A stretch of DNA of 64,000 bases from Candidatus Kaiserbacteria bacterium (GCA_016186765.1 JACPLD010000001.1:42560-106559), one strand, 5' to 3'; counted from the stretch's first letter, positions 45,921-55,584 are shown. Program-made: numbers and translations. Notes: generated by a model from the letters alone, not told the origin.

Positions 45921-47273
45921 ATGGCTAAGGATTACTTCCAGGACATTACGCCGCCCTCTCCTGACACGCCGCGTTCGCTCAAAGTAAACTCCGCTGCGGG
46001 AGAGACGGCGTCTCCTGATCCGCCACCGTCCTCTTCAGCAGATAGTGGCGAGAGAAGCATCCGCAATATTCAAGTGCCCATTAGGTCGCGCCGCATTCCC
46101 GATATCAGAGAAAATGCCACTGCCGCTCCGCCTCGCCGCGTAGAGCGCATGTGGCTGTGGGGAGGCTCTGCACTCGCGCTCCTCGTCTTGGGAGCGCTCG
46201 CGCTCGTGGCGCTTCGGCCGACGACCGTGACCGTCATTCCACGCTCGCACACCGTGTTCTTCGACGATACAGCACGATTCGTCGCCTACGCTGCGGACAC
46301 GGCGGCTACCGGCACGCTCTCGTTCACGATCGAGGAGAGCACGTATGAAGATTCACAATTGGTCGCGGCGAAGGGCGTGGAACGCGTAGAAGAGCGCGCA
46401 AGTGGCAACGTCACCGTCTACAATGAATACTCGAGCGCCCCCGTGAGGCTTCTGAAGAACACCCGTTTCGAAACGCCAGACGGACTCATTTTTCGTGCTC
46501 CCGCTGAAGTGCTCGTTCCCGGCCGCAAAGGAACTACGCCGGGAGAGATCACTATCACCGTCTTTGCAGACGCCCCGGGAGAGAAGTACAACGTCGGTCC
46601 GATCTCACGCTTCACGCTTCCCGGACTGAAATCGTCCAGCATGTATAGCAAAGTTTATGCGCGCTCGACAAGCGCGATGAGCGGCGGCTTTGCAGGAGAG
46701 CGCCCCGCTGCAGAAAAGAGCGCGCTCGACGCCGCGGTTTCGGAAATTCGCGGTCGCCTCGAGGAAAAAGCGCGCGCGGCTGTAGGGGAAGTTGGCGCGG
46801 ACGAGGCAGCGTTCTTCGATCTCGCTCGTCTCACGTATGAAAGCCTCCCGGCAACAATGGAGGGAGAGGGCAATGTCCGCATCACCGAGCGCCTTCGCGT
46901 CGAACTCCCGATATTTCCCGGGGACATGTTCGCGCATGTCGTTGCGGAGAGCGTTTCCGCAGGCGCCGAGGAAGGAAGCATCGTCTTGAAGCCGCTTGAG
47001 GGTCTCTCCGCACACACGGAAACGAAGATATTCTCGGCGACTTCGCCGCTCACGTTCGCGCTTTCAGGTCAGGCACAGCTCGTGTGGAAGGTTGACACGG
47101 AGGAGCTCGCGCAGGCGCTCGCCGGCCGCGACGAATCGGCATTTCAAACGATCGTGGAGGGTTTTTCGAGCATTGAAGAGGCGCACGCACGAATCGAACC
47201 GTTCTGGAGCAACTCGTTCCCGAACGATCCGAGTGACATCAAAATCAAAGTGAAAGAGCCCGACGCCAGGTAA
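45921..47273 (+). CDS. hypothetical single-pass membrane protein with a Pro/Ser-rich N-terminal region
   Basis: One TM helix (WLWGGSALALLVLGALALVAL) then a large extracytoplasmic domain. Confidence 0.5.
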   Translation: MAKDYFQDITPPSPDTPRSLKVNSAAGETASPDPPPSSSADSGERSIRNIQVPIRSRRIPDIRENATAAPPRRVERMWLWGGSALALLVLGALALVALRPTTVTVIPRSHTVFFDDTARFVAYAADTAATGTLSFTIEESTYEDSQLVAAKGVERVEERASGNVTVYNEYSSAPVRLLKNTRFETPDGLIFRAPAEVLVPGRKGTTPGEITITVFADAPGEKYNVGPISRFTLPGLKSSSMYSKVYARSTSAMSGGFAGERPAAEKSALDAAVSEIRGRLEEKARAAVGEVGADEAAFFDLARLTYESLPATMEGEGNVRITERLRVELPIFPGDMFAHVVAESVSAGAEEGSIVLKPLEGLSAHTETKIFSATSPLTFALSGQAQLVWKVDTEELAQALAGRDESAFQTIVEGFSSIEEAHARIEPFWSNSFPNDPSDIKIKVKEPDAR

Positions 47274-47278
47274 AAAAA

Positions 47279-47307
47279 TTGACTCGCTCTCTCTAGTCTG
47301 CTATTGT
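47279..47307 (+). promoter_or_regulatory. sigma-70-like promoter candidate for the infA/ribosomal cluster (-35 TTGACT, 17-bp spacer, -10 TATTGT)
   Basis: Read directly; the predicted TSS is only ~7 nt upstream of infA ATG 47321. Confidence 0.45.
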
Positions 47308-47320
47308 TTTGCCGCACGTT

Positions 47321-47527
47321 ATGCAAGAGCCGCAGCTCGTTGAGGGAGTCATCGAAGAAGCACTCCCCAACACCCTCTTCCGCGTGAAAACGAAAGAGGG
47401 GGAAACGATGCTTGCCTACTTGGCGGGAAAGATGCGGCTCCATCGGATCAAGGTGCTCGTCGGTGACAAAGTCACGTTGCAGCTTGATCCATACGGTGGC
47501 CGAGCCCGGATCATTCGAAGGGTGTAG
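47321..47527 (+). CDS. infA: translation initiation factor IF-1
   Basis: VEGVIEEALPNTLFRVKTKEGETMLAYLAGKMRLHRIKVLVGDKVTLQLDPY, S1-like; ATG 47321 preferred over the TTG at 47309. Confidence 0.85.
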   Translation: MQEPQLVEGVIEEALPNTLFRVKTKEGETMLAYLAGKMRLHRIKVLVGDKVTLQLDPYGGRARIIRRV

Positions 47528-47539
47528 CGTGCATAGACC

Positions 47540-47653
47540 ATGAAAGTAAAAGCTTCAGTCAAGAAGATTTGCATGAACTGCCGCGTCGTCCGAAGGCGCG
47601 GCCGCGTGTGGGTTATTTGTACGAACCCCCGCCACAAACAGCGGCAGGGCTAA
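47540..47653 (+). CDS. rpmJ: 50S ribosomal protein L36
   Basis: [37 protein letters not shown] (37 aa); below the ORF-track size cutoff. Confidence 0.85.
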   Translation: MKVKASVKKICMNCRVVRRRGRVWVICTNPRHKQRQG

Positions 47654-47658
47654 GTAGT

Positions 47659-48039
47659 ATGCGTATTGCAGGAGTCACCATACCGGATGGGAAACGCTTG
47701 GAGATAGCACTCACCGCGATTTACGGCGTCGGCAGACCGCGCGCACTTTCGACACTCGAGACTCTCGGGATCAATCCGGGGAAGCGCTCGTCTGAATTGA
47801 GTGCGAAAGAAGAGAGCTCTCTGCGCGAGGCGATAGAGAAATTCAAGATCGAAGGCGAACTGCGCCGCGAGATAAGCGGGAACGTCCGTCGCCTCAAAGA
47901 TATCAAGACATACCGAGGTGTGCGACACACAAAGAAACTTCCCGTGCGCGGCCAGCGCACGCGAACAAACTCGCGAACCGTTCGCGGCAATGTGCGAAAG
48001 ACCATGACATCGGGTCGCCGCAAGCTCGAAAAGACATAA
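47659..48039 (+). CDS. rpsM: 30S ribosomal protein S13
   Basis: MRIAGVTIPDGKRLEIALTAIYGVGR.. Confidence 0.9.
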   Translation: MRIAGVTIPDGKRLEIALTAIYGVGRPRALSTLETLGINPGKRSSELSAKEESSLREAIEKFKIEGELRREISGNVRRLKDIKTYRGVRHTKKLPVRGQRTRTNSRTVRGNVRKTMTSGRRKLEKT

Positions 48040-48043
48040 ACCT

Positions 48044-48478
48044 ATGGGGAAAAAACGAATCATCAGAAAATCCGGCGGTACCGTCGATCAGGGACTCAAG
48101 TCCCGATCGCTGGCGCGTGTCGCGAAAAAGAATATCATCGCGGGCACACTGCACATTCACGCAACCTACAACAACACGAAAGTGCTGCTCTCCGATAAAG
48201 AGGGCAACGCGGTTGCGTGGTCATCCTCTGGGGCGCTCGGGTTCTCAGGTGCAAAGAAAGGAACGCCCTTTGCTGCAGCGAAAGTAGGCGAGCTCGTCGG
48301 CGACAAGGCGAATATCATCGGTGTCAAAGAAGTCGATGTCGTCATTCGCGGCGTCGGGGCAGGAAGAGAATCTGCACTTCGCGGTTTTGCGGGAAAGGGC
48401 ATCGAGATCAGCCGCATCGCCGATCAGACCCCCGTACCGCACAACGGTCCGCGACCGCCGAAACCCCGAAGGGTCTAG
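48044..48478 (+). CDS. rpsK: 30S ribosomal protein S11
   Basis: AGTLHIHATYNNTKVLLSDKEGNAVAWSSSGALGFSGAKKGTPFAA.. Confidence 0.9.
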   Translation: MGKKRIIRKSGGTVDQGLKSRSLARVAKKNIIAGTLHIHATYNNTKVLLSDKEGNAVAWSSSGALGFSGAKKGTPFAAAKVGELVGDKANIIGVKEVDVVIRGVGAGRESALRGFAGKGIEISRIADQTPVPHNGPRPPKPRRV

Positions 48479-48486
48479 TTATCAGC

Positions 48487-48574
48487 AAACAGAAAACAGA
48501 GAACAGTATGAATGCGGCAAGAAAATTATCGTACGATCAGAGTTTCTGTTCACTGTTCACTGTCCACTGTTCAC
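48487..48574. promoter_or_regulatory. family-2 inverted-repeat module upstream of rpsD (AACAGAAAACAGAGAACAG ... CTGTTCACTGTTCACTGTCCACTGTTCAC)
   Basis: Read directly; paralogue of 44582..44660. Confidence 0.5.
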
Positions 48575-48583
48575 TATCCTGAT

Positions 48584-49189
48584 ATGTTGCCGATAAAATC
48601 GAAATACAAGATCGCGAAGAGACTGGGACCTGCGATTTTTGAGCAAACGCAAACGCAGAAATTCGCGCTCTCGGACGCCCGTGCGAAAAAGTCTCGGCCG
48701 CGCCGCCGCGGCGCTTCTGATTACGGTCGGCAGCTGCTCGAGAAGCAGCGCGTTCGCTACACGTATGGCATCACCGAGTCGCAGCTCGCAAACTACGTAA
48801 AAAAGGCTTACACGACAGCTGATCCTTCCACGAGCCTCCACAAGATGCTCGAGATGCGTGCAGACTCGATTGTCTACCGCGCAGCGCTCGCGCCCACGCG
48901 GCGCGCGGCGCGACAGCTTGTGAGTCACGGCCATATCCTCGTGGGCAGCGTACGCATCACGACTCCTTCCTACCGTCTCAACAAGGGAGATACGCTCAGT
49001 GTTCGGGAGGGAAGCCGCCGAGGGCCGCTCTTTGCGGTTCAAAGCGAGGAAGGTGAGACGCGGCAGGTGCCACAGTGGCTTTCGGTAGACCGGGAGACAC
49101 TCTCGATAAAGGTGACAGGCGAGCCTCTGTATGGTCCGGCCGAAACGACTCTCGACTACAAAACAGTATTTGAGTTTTACAGTCGATAA
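48584..49189 (+). CDS. rpsD: 30S ribosomal protein S4
   Basis: MLPIKSKYKIAKRLGPAIFEQTQ.. with an S4 RNA-binding domain. Confidence 0.9.
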   Translation: MLPIKSKYKIAKRLGPAIFEQTQTQKFALSDARAKKSRPRRRGASDYGRQLLEKQRVRYTYGITESQLANYVKKAYTTADPSTSLHKMLEMRADSIVYRAALAPTRRAARQLVSHGHILVGSVRITTPSYRLNKGDTLSVREGSRRGPLFAVQSEEGETRQVPQWLSVDRETLSIKVTGEPLYGPAETTLDYKTVFEFYSR

Positions 49190-49259
49190 GTGTTGGTGTA
49201 TACTTCTCGCCGTTTTTTATTCGAATGTGTTCTAATACCAACAGGTCTGCAATGAACAT

Positions 49260-50225
49260 ATGTCTGATTACTATATAGCGCTTCCTTCGAAGCCGCGCGT
49301 GGTTTCAGAGTCGGAGCGCTGTGGCACCTACGAGGTAGATGGTCTCTACCCGGGCTATGGCTATACGCTTGGCAACTCGCTCCGGCGCATTATCCTCTCG
49401 TCGCTCCCCGGCGCCGCCATCATCCACGTCAAGATCCCCGGCGTCTCCCACGAGTTCTCGACGATCGAGGGCGTGAAGGAAGACGTCGTTACCCTCCTCC
49501 TTAACATCCGCAAGATCCGCATCAAAATCGCGGTCGATGAGCCACAAACCCTCACGCTTTCTGTAAAAGGTCCTCGCGTCATCACTGCCGCGGATCTCAA
49601 GGTGCCCGGGCAGGTCGAATTGCTGAATCCAGAGAGCTACATTGCGGAAATCACCGGCAAAGGCACGCTCGAGATCGAAATGCGGGCCGAGCGAGGATTA
49701 GGTTACGTGCCGAAGGAGGCTCATCAGAAAGAACGCGTCGAGGTCGGCGTGATCGCGCTCGACGCCATCTTCTCGCCGATACGCCGTGTGAACTACGAGG
49801 TAGAGAACATGCGCGTAGGCGACAGGACCGACTTCAACCGCCTTCGCATCCTTATCGAAACCGACGGCGCACTTTCGCCGCGCGAGGCGCTGGAGCGCTC
49901 CATCGAGACCATGATCCACCAGCTGAAGGCAATTGTCGGCTTCAAAGAAGAGGAGGTGATTGAGCTCGGTGCGAGAGCACCCGAGGTATTGCCCGAGCGG
50001 CCGGATCGCTCCGCGCCTGATTCCGAGATCCTCAAGACACGCGTATCGGAATTAAACCTTCCGCAGCGCGTTGAAGCGGCGCTCGACAATGCATCTATTC
50101 GTACCGTCGGAGGCTTGGTACGAAAACGCGAAGATGATCTGCTCGCGATCGAGGGCTTAGGGCAAAAAGGATTGCAAGAAGTGAAGCGAGCGTTGTCGAA
50201 TCTTGGACTTACCTTGAGACAATAG
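49260..50225 (+). CDS. rpoA: DNA-directed RNA polymerase subunit alpha
   Basis: GYGYTLGNSLRRIILSSLPGAAI.. N-terminal domain plus C-terminal alpha-CTD. Confidence 0.9.
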   Translation: MSDYYIALPSKPRVVSESERCGTYEVDGLYPGYGYTLGNSLRRIILSSLPGAAIIHVKIPGVSHEFSTIEGVKEDVVTLLLNIRKIRIKIAVDEPQTLTLSVKGPRVITAADLKVPGQVELLNPESYIAEITGKGTLEIEMRAERGLGYVPKEAHQKERVEVGVIALDAIFSPIRRVNYEVENMRVGDRTDFNRLRILIETDGALSPREALERSIETMIHQLKAIVGFKEEEVIELGARAPEVLPERPDRSAPDSEILKTRVSELNLPQRVEAALDNASIRTVGGLVRKREDDLLAIEGLGQKGLQEVKRALSNLGLTLRQ

Positions 50226-50228
50226 CCT

Positions 50229-50579
50229 ATGCGTCACCACGACCGCAACAAAAAGCTCGGCCGCGTCAAACGACAGCGCACAGCACTTCTACGAAGCCTC
50301 GCGCGCTCCCTCATCCTGCATGAGGGCATCACGACAACGGAGGGGAAGGCGAAAGCATTGCGCCCGTTTGTGGAGCGGCTCGTGACCATGAGTAAAAACG
50401 GCTCTCTTTCCCACACGCGCACGGTCGCAAAGCGGCTCGACTCCGCGCAAGCAAGTAAAAAGCTGAGTGAGCTCGCGAAACGCTACGAGAAACGTGCAGG
50501 CGGCTACACGCGCATCGTGCGGCTCGGCAGAGTGGGAAAGCGCGTCGGAGAAATGTCTCGGATTGAATTCGTCAAATAG
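50229..50579 (+). CDS. rplQ: 50S ribosomal protein L17
   Basis: MRHHDRNKKLGRVKRQRTALLRSLARSLILHEGITTTEGKAKALRPFVERLVT. Confidence 0.9.
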   Translation: MRHHDRNKKLGRVKRQRTALLRSLARSLILHEGITTTEGKAKALRPFVERLVTMSKNGSLSHTRTVAKRLDSAQASKKLSELAKRYEKRAGGYTRIVRLGRVGKRVGEMSRIEFVK

Positions 50580-50582
50580 CAT

Positions 50583-50930
50583 ATGAAAGAGTACACGATA
50601 GATGCTGCAGGAAAAACACTCGGAAGGGTTGCTTCGGAAGCTGCGAAAGCTCTGATGGGAAAAACCTCTGCCGATTACACGCCGCACATACGCTCGGAGG
50701 TGCGCGTGAAGATCGTAAATGTTGGCAAACTGTACATGCGCGCGCGCAAACGCTCGACCAAAACCTACACCACCTACTCTGGCTATCCGAGTGGTCGGAA
50801 AGTGGAGACCTACGCCGCACTTTCTTCGCGACGTGGCGCCGATGTTCCGCTTCGCCACGCGATCCGCCGCATGCTGCCGCGCAACACATTCTTGAAGGCA
50901 CGGATGAGACAGCTTGAGATCTCACTCTAA
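50583..50930 (+). CDS. rplM: 50S ribosomal protein L13
   Basis: L13 family sequence, 115 aa, upstream of rpsI as in the conserved L13-S9 operon. Confidence 0.8.
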   Translation: MKEYTIDAAGKTLGRVASEAAKALMGKTSADYTPHIRSEVRVKIVNVGKLYMRARKRSTKTYTTYSGYPSGRKVETYAALSSRRGADVPLRHAIRRMLPRNTFLKARMRQLEISL

Positions 50931-50934
50931 TTTT

Positions 50935-51330
50935 ATGGCAAAAGCACACGCGTACACGGAGGCAACGGGGCGTCGCAAGACGGCGACCGCGCGCGTTCGC
51001 ATCGCAGAGGCGAAAAATGCTTCGATGGTCGTGAACGGTAAGCCCGCCGAGCAATACTTTCCGCTCCCCCTGATGCTGAAGACCGCTTACGCGCCAATGC
51101 AAACGCTCTCTGCCACATACACCGTATCAGTCAAAGTGCAGGGAGGAGGGCTCAAAGCGCAAGCCGAAGCCGTTCGTCATGGACTTTCTCGCGCGATTGC
51201 AGAGCTCGTGCCCGAACAACGCAAGGACCTGAAAGTACACGGCTTCTTGAAACGCGACCCGCGCGCGAAGGAGCGGAAGAAATTCGGCCTCAAGGCAGCC
51301 CGAAGAGCGCCGCAATGGTCGAAGCGTTAG
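50935..51330 (+). CDS. rpsI: 30S ribosomal protein S9
   Basis: C-terminal ..HGFLKRDPRAKERKKFGLKAARRAPQWSKR; start taken at MAKAHAY. Confidence 0.9.
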   Translation: MAKAHAYTEATGRRKTATARVRIAEAKNASMVVNGKPAEQYFPLPLMLKTAYAPMQTLSATYTVSVKVQGGGLKAQAEAVRHGLSRAIAELVPEQRKDLKVHGFLKRDPRAKERKKFGLKAARRAPQWSKR

Positions 51331-51448
51331 CTTCGATCATTGCGGCAAGGAGAGGGTCGGGGAACCTGCTGGTTCCCCGTGGAGGAAGGAATGGGAAAAC
51401 CGTGGGTTTCCCAGAACCGCGAGTGGAGTAAACGATAGTCCCAACTGT

Positions 51449-51457
51449 GGTATAATC
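51449..51457 (+). promoter_or_regulatory. extended -10 element TGgTATAAT, 8 nt upstream of the grpE ATG (near-leaderless transcript)
   Basis: Read directly; preceded by two GC hairpins (GGGGAACC-TGCT-GGTTCCCC and GGGAAAACC-GTG-GGTTTCCC); no CIRCE inverted repeat was found. Confidence 0.4.
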
Positions 51458-51465
51458 CCGCCGCT

Positions 51466-52008
51466 ATGGCGGAGGACGATGTGCGTTTTGAAGCAGAAGA
51501 GGATCTCGGCGATGTTGCGGCGGCAAAAGCGAAGCTGAAAAAGCTGCGTGATGAGCTCGAGCGAGTGAAAAAAGAGCGGCAAGAGTACCTCGACGGTTGG
51601 CAGCGCTGCAAAGCCGACAGCATCAATCTCAAAAAAGAAGCTGAATCCCGTGCATCACGCACGGCCGAGCTGCTTCGCGAGGAGCTCATCCACGACATTA
51701 TTCCTGCGCTCGACAGCTTTGACATGGCGGCAGGAAGCGAGGCGTGGGCCTCTGTTTCCGACGGCTGGAAAAGCGGCATGGAATTGGTCCGCGACCAGCT
51801 CCTCGACGCGCTTTCGCGCCACGGCATTGAGCGGATAGGCAAGGTAGGGGAGTCGCTCGACCATGCGCGGCATGCGATCCTTGAGGAGCGAGATGATGTT
51901 GCTGGCGAAGAGGGAACGGTGGCGCGTGTCATCCGCTACGGCTACAAAACAAAAGATAGGGTCTTGCGTCCCGCGCAGGTTGTATTAAAATCTTCGCGCG
52001 CAAAATAA
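51466..52008 (+). CDS. grpE: nucleotide exchange factor GrpE
   Basis: Coiled-coil N-terminus and GrpE C-terminal domain (..TVARVIRYGYKTKDRVLRPAQVVL). Confidence 0.9.
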   Translation: MAEDDVRFEAEEDLGDVAAAKAKLKKLRDELERVKKERQEYLDGWQRCKADSINLKKEAESRASRTAELLREELIHDIIPALDSFDMAAGSEAWASVSDGWKSGMELVRDQLLDALSRHGIERIGKVGESLDHARHAILEERDDVAGEEGTVARVIRYGYKTKDRVLRPAQVVLKSSRAK

Positions 52009-52023
52009 ATTCATGAACGTTAT

Positions 52024-53889
52024 ATGGCACGAATCCTGGGCATAGATTTAGGAACAACGAACTCCGCGATGGCGGCCGTTATGGTGGGCGAGCCCGAGAT
52101 CATTGAGAACGCCGAGGGCGCACGCACGACGCCCTCCGTCGTCGCGATCTCAAAGACCGGCGAAAAACTCGTCGGTCTCCTTGCGAAACGCCAGGCGGTC
52201 ACAAACCCGAAAAACACGGTCTATCAGATCAAACGCTTCATCGGACACACCTTCGACGAACCGGGTGTTGCGAAAGACCGCGAATCAGTGCCATTCGAAG
52301 TACGTAAATCGGATGGGGGTATCCAGGTGCAAATGGGTGAGAAATGGTACCGACCGGAAGAAATTTCTGCGATGATCCTCCAAAAGTTGAAGCAGGACGC
52401 CGAAGCGCGTCTCGGCGAGACGATCACCGAAGCCGTCATCACCGTCCCTGCCTACTTCAACGACTCTCAGCGACAGGCCACCAAAGATGCGGGCAGGATC
52501 GCGGGATTGGACGTAAAGCGCATCATCAACGAGCCTACCGCGGCCGCGCTCGCGTACGGCTTCAACAAAAAGAAAAATGAGAAAATCGTCGTCTTCGACT
52601 TCGGCGGCGGCACCTTTGACATCTCGGTGCTGGAAGTGGGAGACGACGTCATCGAAGTTCGCTCGACCGACGGCGATTCACATCTCGGCGGCAAGGATTT
52701 GGACCAAAAAATCATGAATTGGATCGCCGACGAGTTCAAAAAAGAAAGCGGCATTGATGTACGCAACGACCCACTCGCGCGCCAGCGCCTCGATGAGGCT
52801 GCTGAGAAGGCAAAAATCGAGCTCTCGACGGCGCTCGAAAGCGAGATAAACATCCCATTCATCACCTCTGACGCTTCTGGACCCCGACACCTCTTGATCA
52901 AGATGACACGGGCAAAACTCGAAGAGCTCGCCAGCGAATTCATTGAGCGCGCGATGGCGATTACGAAGCGCGCCATGGACGCATCGCCCTTTGCTGTAGG
53001 CGATATCAACGAAGTCGTCCTCGTCGGCGGCCAAACGCGCATGCCAGCACTTCAGAAGTCTGTTGAACAATTTTTCGCAAAGAAACCGCACATGGGCGTG
53101 AACCCGGATGAAGTCGTCGCAATTGGTGCGGCAATACAGGGAGGAATACTGCGGGGCGATGTGAAGGACGTGCTCCTTCTCGATGTCATCCCGCTCTCAC
53201 TCGGCATTGAAACCCTCGGCGGTGTGGCGACCAAACTCATCGAACGAAACACCACGATCCCGACCTCACGCGCACAGACCTTCTCGACCGCATCGGACAA
53301 TCAACCTTCGGTCGAGATCCATGTGGTGCAAGGCGAGCGCCCAATGGCCGCCGACAACAAATCGCTCGGTCGCTTCAACCTCGACGGCATTCCTCCTGCG
53401 CCGCGCGGCATGCCCCAGATCGAAGTCAGCTTCGACATCGACGCAAACGGTATCCTCACGGTGAAAGCGAAGGATAAAACAACGAACAAGGAGCAATCTA
53501 TCCGCATCGAGGGCTCGTCTGGCCTCTCGGAAACCGACATCGAGAAGATGCGTAAGGATGCCGAAGCGAACGCCGAAGCCGATCGGAAAAAGAAAGAGCT
53601 CGTCGAGGCACAGAATGCCGCCGATCAACTCGTCTACGCGGCAGAGAAAGCGCTCAAAGAGCACGGGGGGAAGGTGGGCGATGATATTAGGAAAAATGTG
53701 CAGGAGAAAATCGACGCGCTCAAAACTATACGTGGTCGTTCCGACGTACATGCCATCAAGTCTGGCTCCGATGCACTCTCAAGCGCGATGAGTGCGATAG
53801 GCGAAGCGATGTCCAAAAGGGAGCAGCCTCCACCGAGCGACCAACCCGGGCGTCCAGGCGAATCCGGTGATGAGCCACCAAAGCCATAA
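52024..53889 (+). CDS. dnaK: molecular chaperone DnaK (Hsp70)
   Basis: [41 protein letters not shown] and other Hsp70 signatures. Confidence 0.97.
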   Translation: MARILGIDLGTTNSAMAAVMVGEPEIIENAEGARTTPSVVAISKTGEKLVGLLAKRQAVTNPKNTVYQIKRFIGHTFDEPGVAKDRESVPFEVRKSDGGIQVQMGEKWYRPEEISAMILQKLKQDAEARLGETITEAVITVPAYFNDSQRQATKDAGRIAGLDVKRIINEPTAAALAYGFNKKKNEKIVVFDFGGGTFDISVLEVGDDVIEVRSTDGDSHLGGKDLDQKIMNWIADEFKKESGIDVRNDPLARQRLDEAAEKAKIELSTALESEINIPFITSDASGPRHLLIKMTRAKLEELASEFIERAMAITKRAMDASPFAVGDINEVVLVGGQTRMPALQKSVEQFFAKKPHMGVNPDEVVAIGAAIQGGILRGDVKDVLLLDVIPLSLGIETLGGVATKLIERNTTIPTSRAQTFSTASDNQPSVEIHVVQGERPMAADNKSLGRFNLDGIPPAPRGMPQIEVSFDIDANGILTVKAKDKTTNKEQSIRIEGSSGLSETDIEKMRKDAEANAEADRKKKELVEAQNAADQLVYAAEKALKEHGGKVGDDIRKNVQEKIDALKTIRGRSDVHAIKSGSDALSSAMSAIGEAMSKREQPPPSDQPGRPGESGDEPPKP

Positions 53890-53941
53890 GAATGAAGAGG
53901 TGCCTTTGCATTGCTCCTTGGGCTGTCTATAATGGGACGCG

Positions 53942-55027
53942 ATGAAAGATTATTACTCCATCCTCGGCGTTTCCAAGACGGCAACAGAAGAAGAAATAAA
54001 GAGTGCGTTCAGAAAACTAGCACATAAGTATCACCCCGACAAGAAAGGCGGCGATGAGAAGAAATTCAAAGAGGTAAGTGAGGCTTACGCGGTTCTTTCC
54101 GACAAAAAGAAGCGCGCCGAATACGACACCCACGGCCGCACCTTCGCAGGCGGAGGGCCGGGAAGCGGGGGTTTTGCTGGCTTCGACTTCGCCGACTTCG
54201 CTCGACGCGGCGGGTTCGAGAGTTTCCCGGGAGGCGGTCAGGCGTTTGAGTTTGATCTCGGCGATATCTTTGGCGAATTTTTCGGCGGTTCACCCCGAGC
54301 AAAGTCGAGGGGCAGGGATATCTCGATCGATATAGAGTTACCCTTCCGCGAGAGCGTGTTCGGCACGGAGCGCCGCATTCTCATCGCAAAGCAAGCCGTG
54401 TGTGCGACCTGCGGCGGCGGAGGTGCGAAAAAAGGATCGAAGCTCATCACCTGCACAACGTGCAATGGCAAAGGCGATATCCGCGAAACGCGCAGCTCAT
54501 TCTTCGGCACGTTCACGACAAGCCGCACGTGTCCACGCTGCAACGGCCGCGGCGAAGTACCAGAAATGCCTTGTGAGACGTGTCGCGGCGAAGGCGTAAC
54601 GAAGCGCGAAGAGGAGATACGCGTGGTGGTCCCCGCCGGCGTTGAAGACGGTGAAATGATCCGCATGCCGCGTATGGGAGAAGTGGCTCCCGGCGGAGCC
54701 TCCGGCGACCTCTATGTGAAGGTCCATGTGCGTGCGGATCGTGCATTCGCGCGCGACGGCAACAATCTCGTCACGGTGCTGCCTATCAGGCTCACCGACG
54801 CGCTGCTTGGGGGCGAATACCGCATCAAATCGCTCGACGGAGAGGAGCTGCTCACGGTTCCAGCAGGCGTTTCTCACGGAGAGATACTTCGCATACGCGG
54901 GAAGGGCGTCCCATTCGACAGAGGCATGCGCGGCGATCTCTTGGTTCGCATCGACATAGAATTCCCAAAACGACTCTCGAAGAGCGCACGCGATCTGATA
55001 GAAAAACTGCGCAAGGAGGGGTTGTAG
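53942..55027 (+). CDS. dnaJ: molecular chaperone DnaJ
   Basis: J domain with HPD (KYHPDKK), Gly/Phe region, four CxxCxGxG zinc repeats. Confidence 0.95.
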   Translation: MKDYYSILGVSKTATEEEIKSAFRKLAHKYHPDKKGGDEKKFKEVSEAYAVLSDKKKRAEYDTHGRTFAGGGPGSGGFAGFDFADFARRGGFESFPGGGQAFEFDLGDIFGEFFGGSPRAKSRGRDISIDIELPFRESVFGTERRILIAKQAVCATCGGGGAKKGSKLITCTTCNGKGDIRETRSSFFGTFTTSRTCPRCNGRGEVPEMPCETCRGEGVTKREEEIRVVVPAGVEDGEMIRMPRMGEVAPGGASGDLYVKVHVRADRAFARDGNNLVTVLPIRLTDALLGGEYRIKSLDGEELLTVPAGVSHGEILRIRGKGVPFDRGMRGDLLVRIDIEFPKRLSKSARDLIEKLRKEGL

Positions 55028-55036
55028 TCAGCTCAT

Positions 55037-55115
55037 AGCCACTAGCCAATAGGGTTTAGGGTTGCGGTATACTTTAGGCAATGGATTTCTCTAGTGGCTA
55101 TACCCTAGTGGCTAA
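55037..55115. promoter_or_regulatory. family-1 inverted-repeat promoter module (AGCCACTAGCCAATAGGGTTTAGGGTT..GGTATACT ... CTAGTGGCTATACCCTAGTGGCTAA) overlapping the called start of the next gene
   Basis: Read directly; the ATG at 55081 lies inside the module, so the true start of the downstream gene may lie further downstream. Confidence 0.45.
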
Positions 55116-55584
55116 TTTCTTTTCCGCTATTCCGACTGATTGGTTCATCATCGGCGGCATTGTGCTTCTCTCTGCATTCGATTGCGTCCGCACAGGAGTG
55201 CGGCGCGTCTCACAGATCGCGCTTGCCTTCCCGCTTTCAGCACTCCTCATGCAAAACCTTCCAAAAGCGTTCATTCTCGGCGAAGCGGCAGCGCAATTCT
55301 CCACACCCCTCATGCAAGCACTGCTACTTGGCTTTGTGTTCGCCGTTCTCTACGTGCTCATCGGACGCATTGGCATTTCGTGGGGAGGCGAGGAAGGGCA
55401 GCCGATTCAAGCAGCGCTCGCCGGCGTGGCGAGCGCAGGCATCGTCACGACTATGTGGATCGCGACGCCCGCGCTCGACTCGCTGTGGCATTTTGGCCCA
55501 CAGGTGCAAGAGATTTTCGGGGAAGCCTATCGTTTCTGGTGGCTCTTGGGCTCGCTTGCAGCACTTGCCTACGTGCGAGGCTAA
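55081..55584 (+). CDS. hypothetical membrane protein (CvpA-like size and topology)
   Basis: Several hydrophobic helices; start uncertain (see the overlapping module). Confidence 0.45.
   Translation: MDFSSGYTLVANFFSAIPTDWFIIGGIVLLSAFDCVRTGVRRVSQIALAFPLSALLMQNLPKAFILGEAAAQFSTPLMQALLLGFVFAVLYVLIGRIGISWGGEEGQPIQAALAGVASAGIVTTMWIATPALDSLWHFGPQVQEIFGEAYRFWWLLGSLAALAYVRG

Noticed and set aside
51331-51465. CIRCE (HrcA) operator upstream of grpE-dnaK-dnaJ
   Set aside because: Searched for TTAGCACTC-N9-GAGTGCTAA-like inverted repeats; only two unrelated GC hairpins and an extended -10 were found
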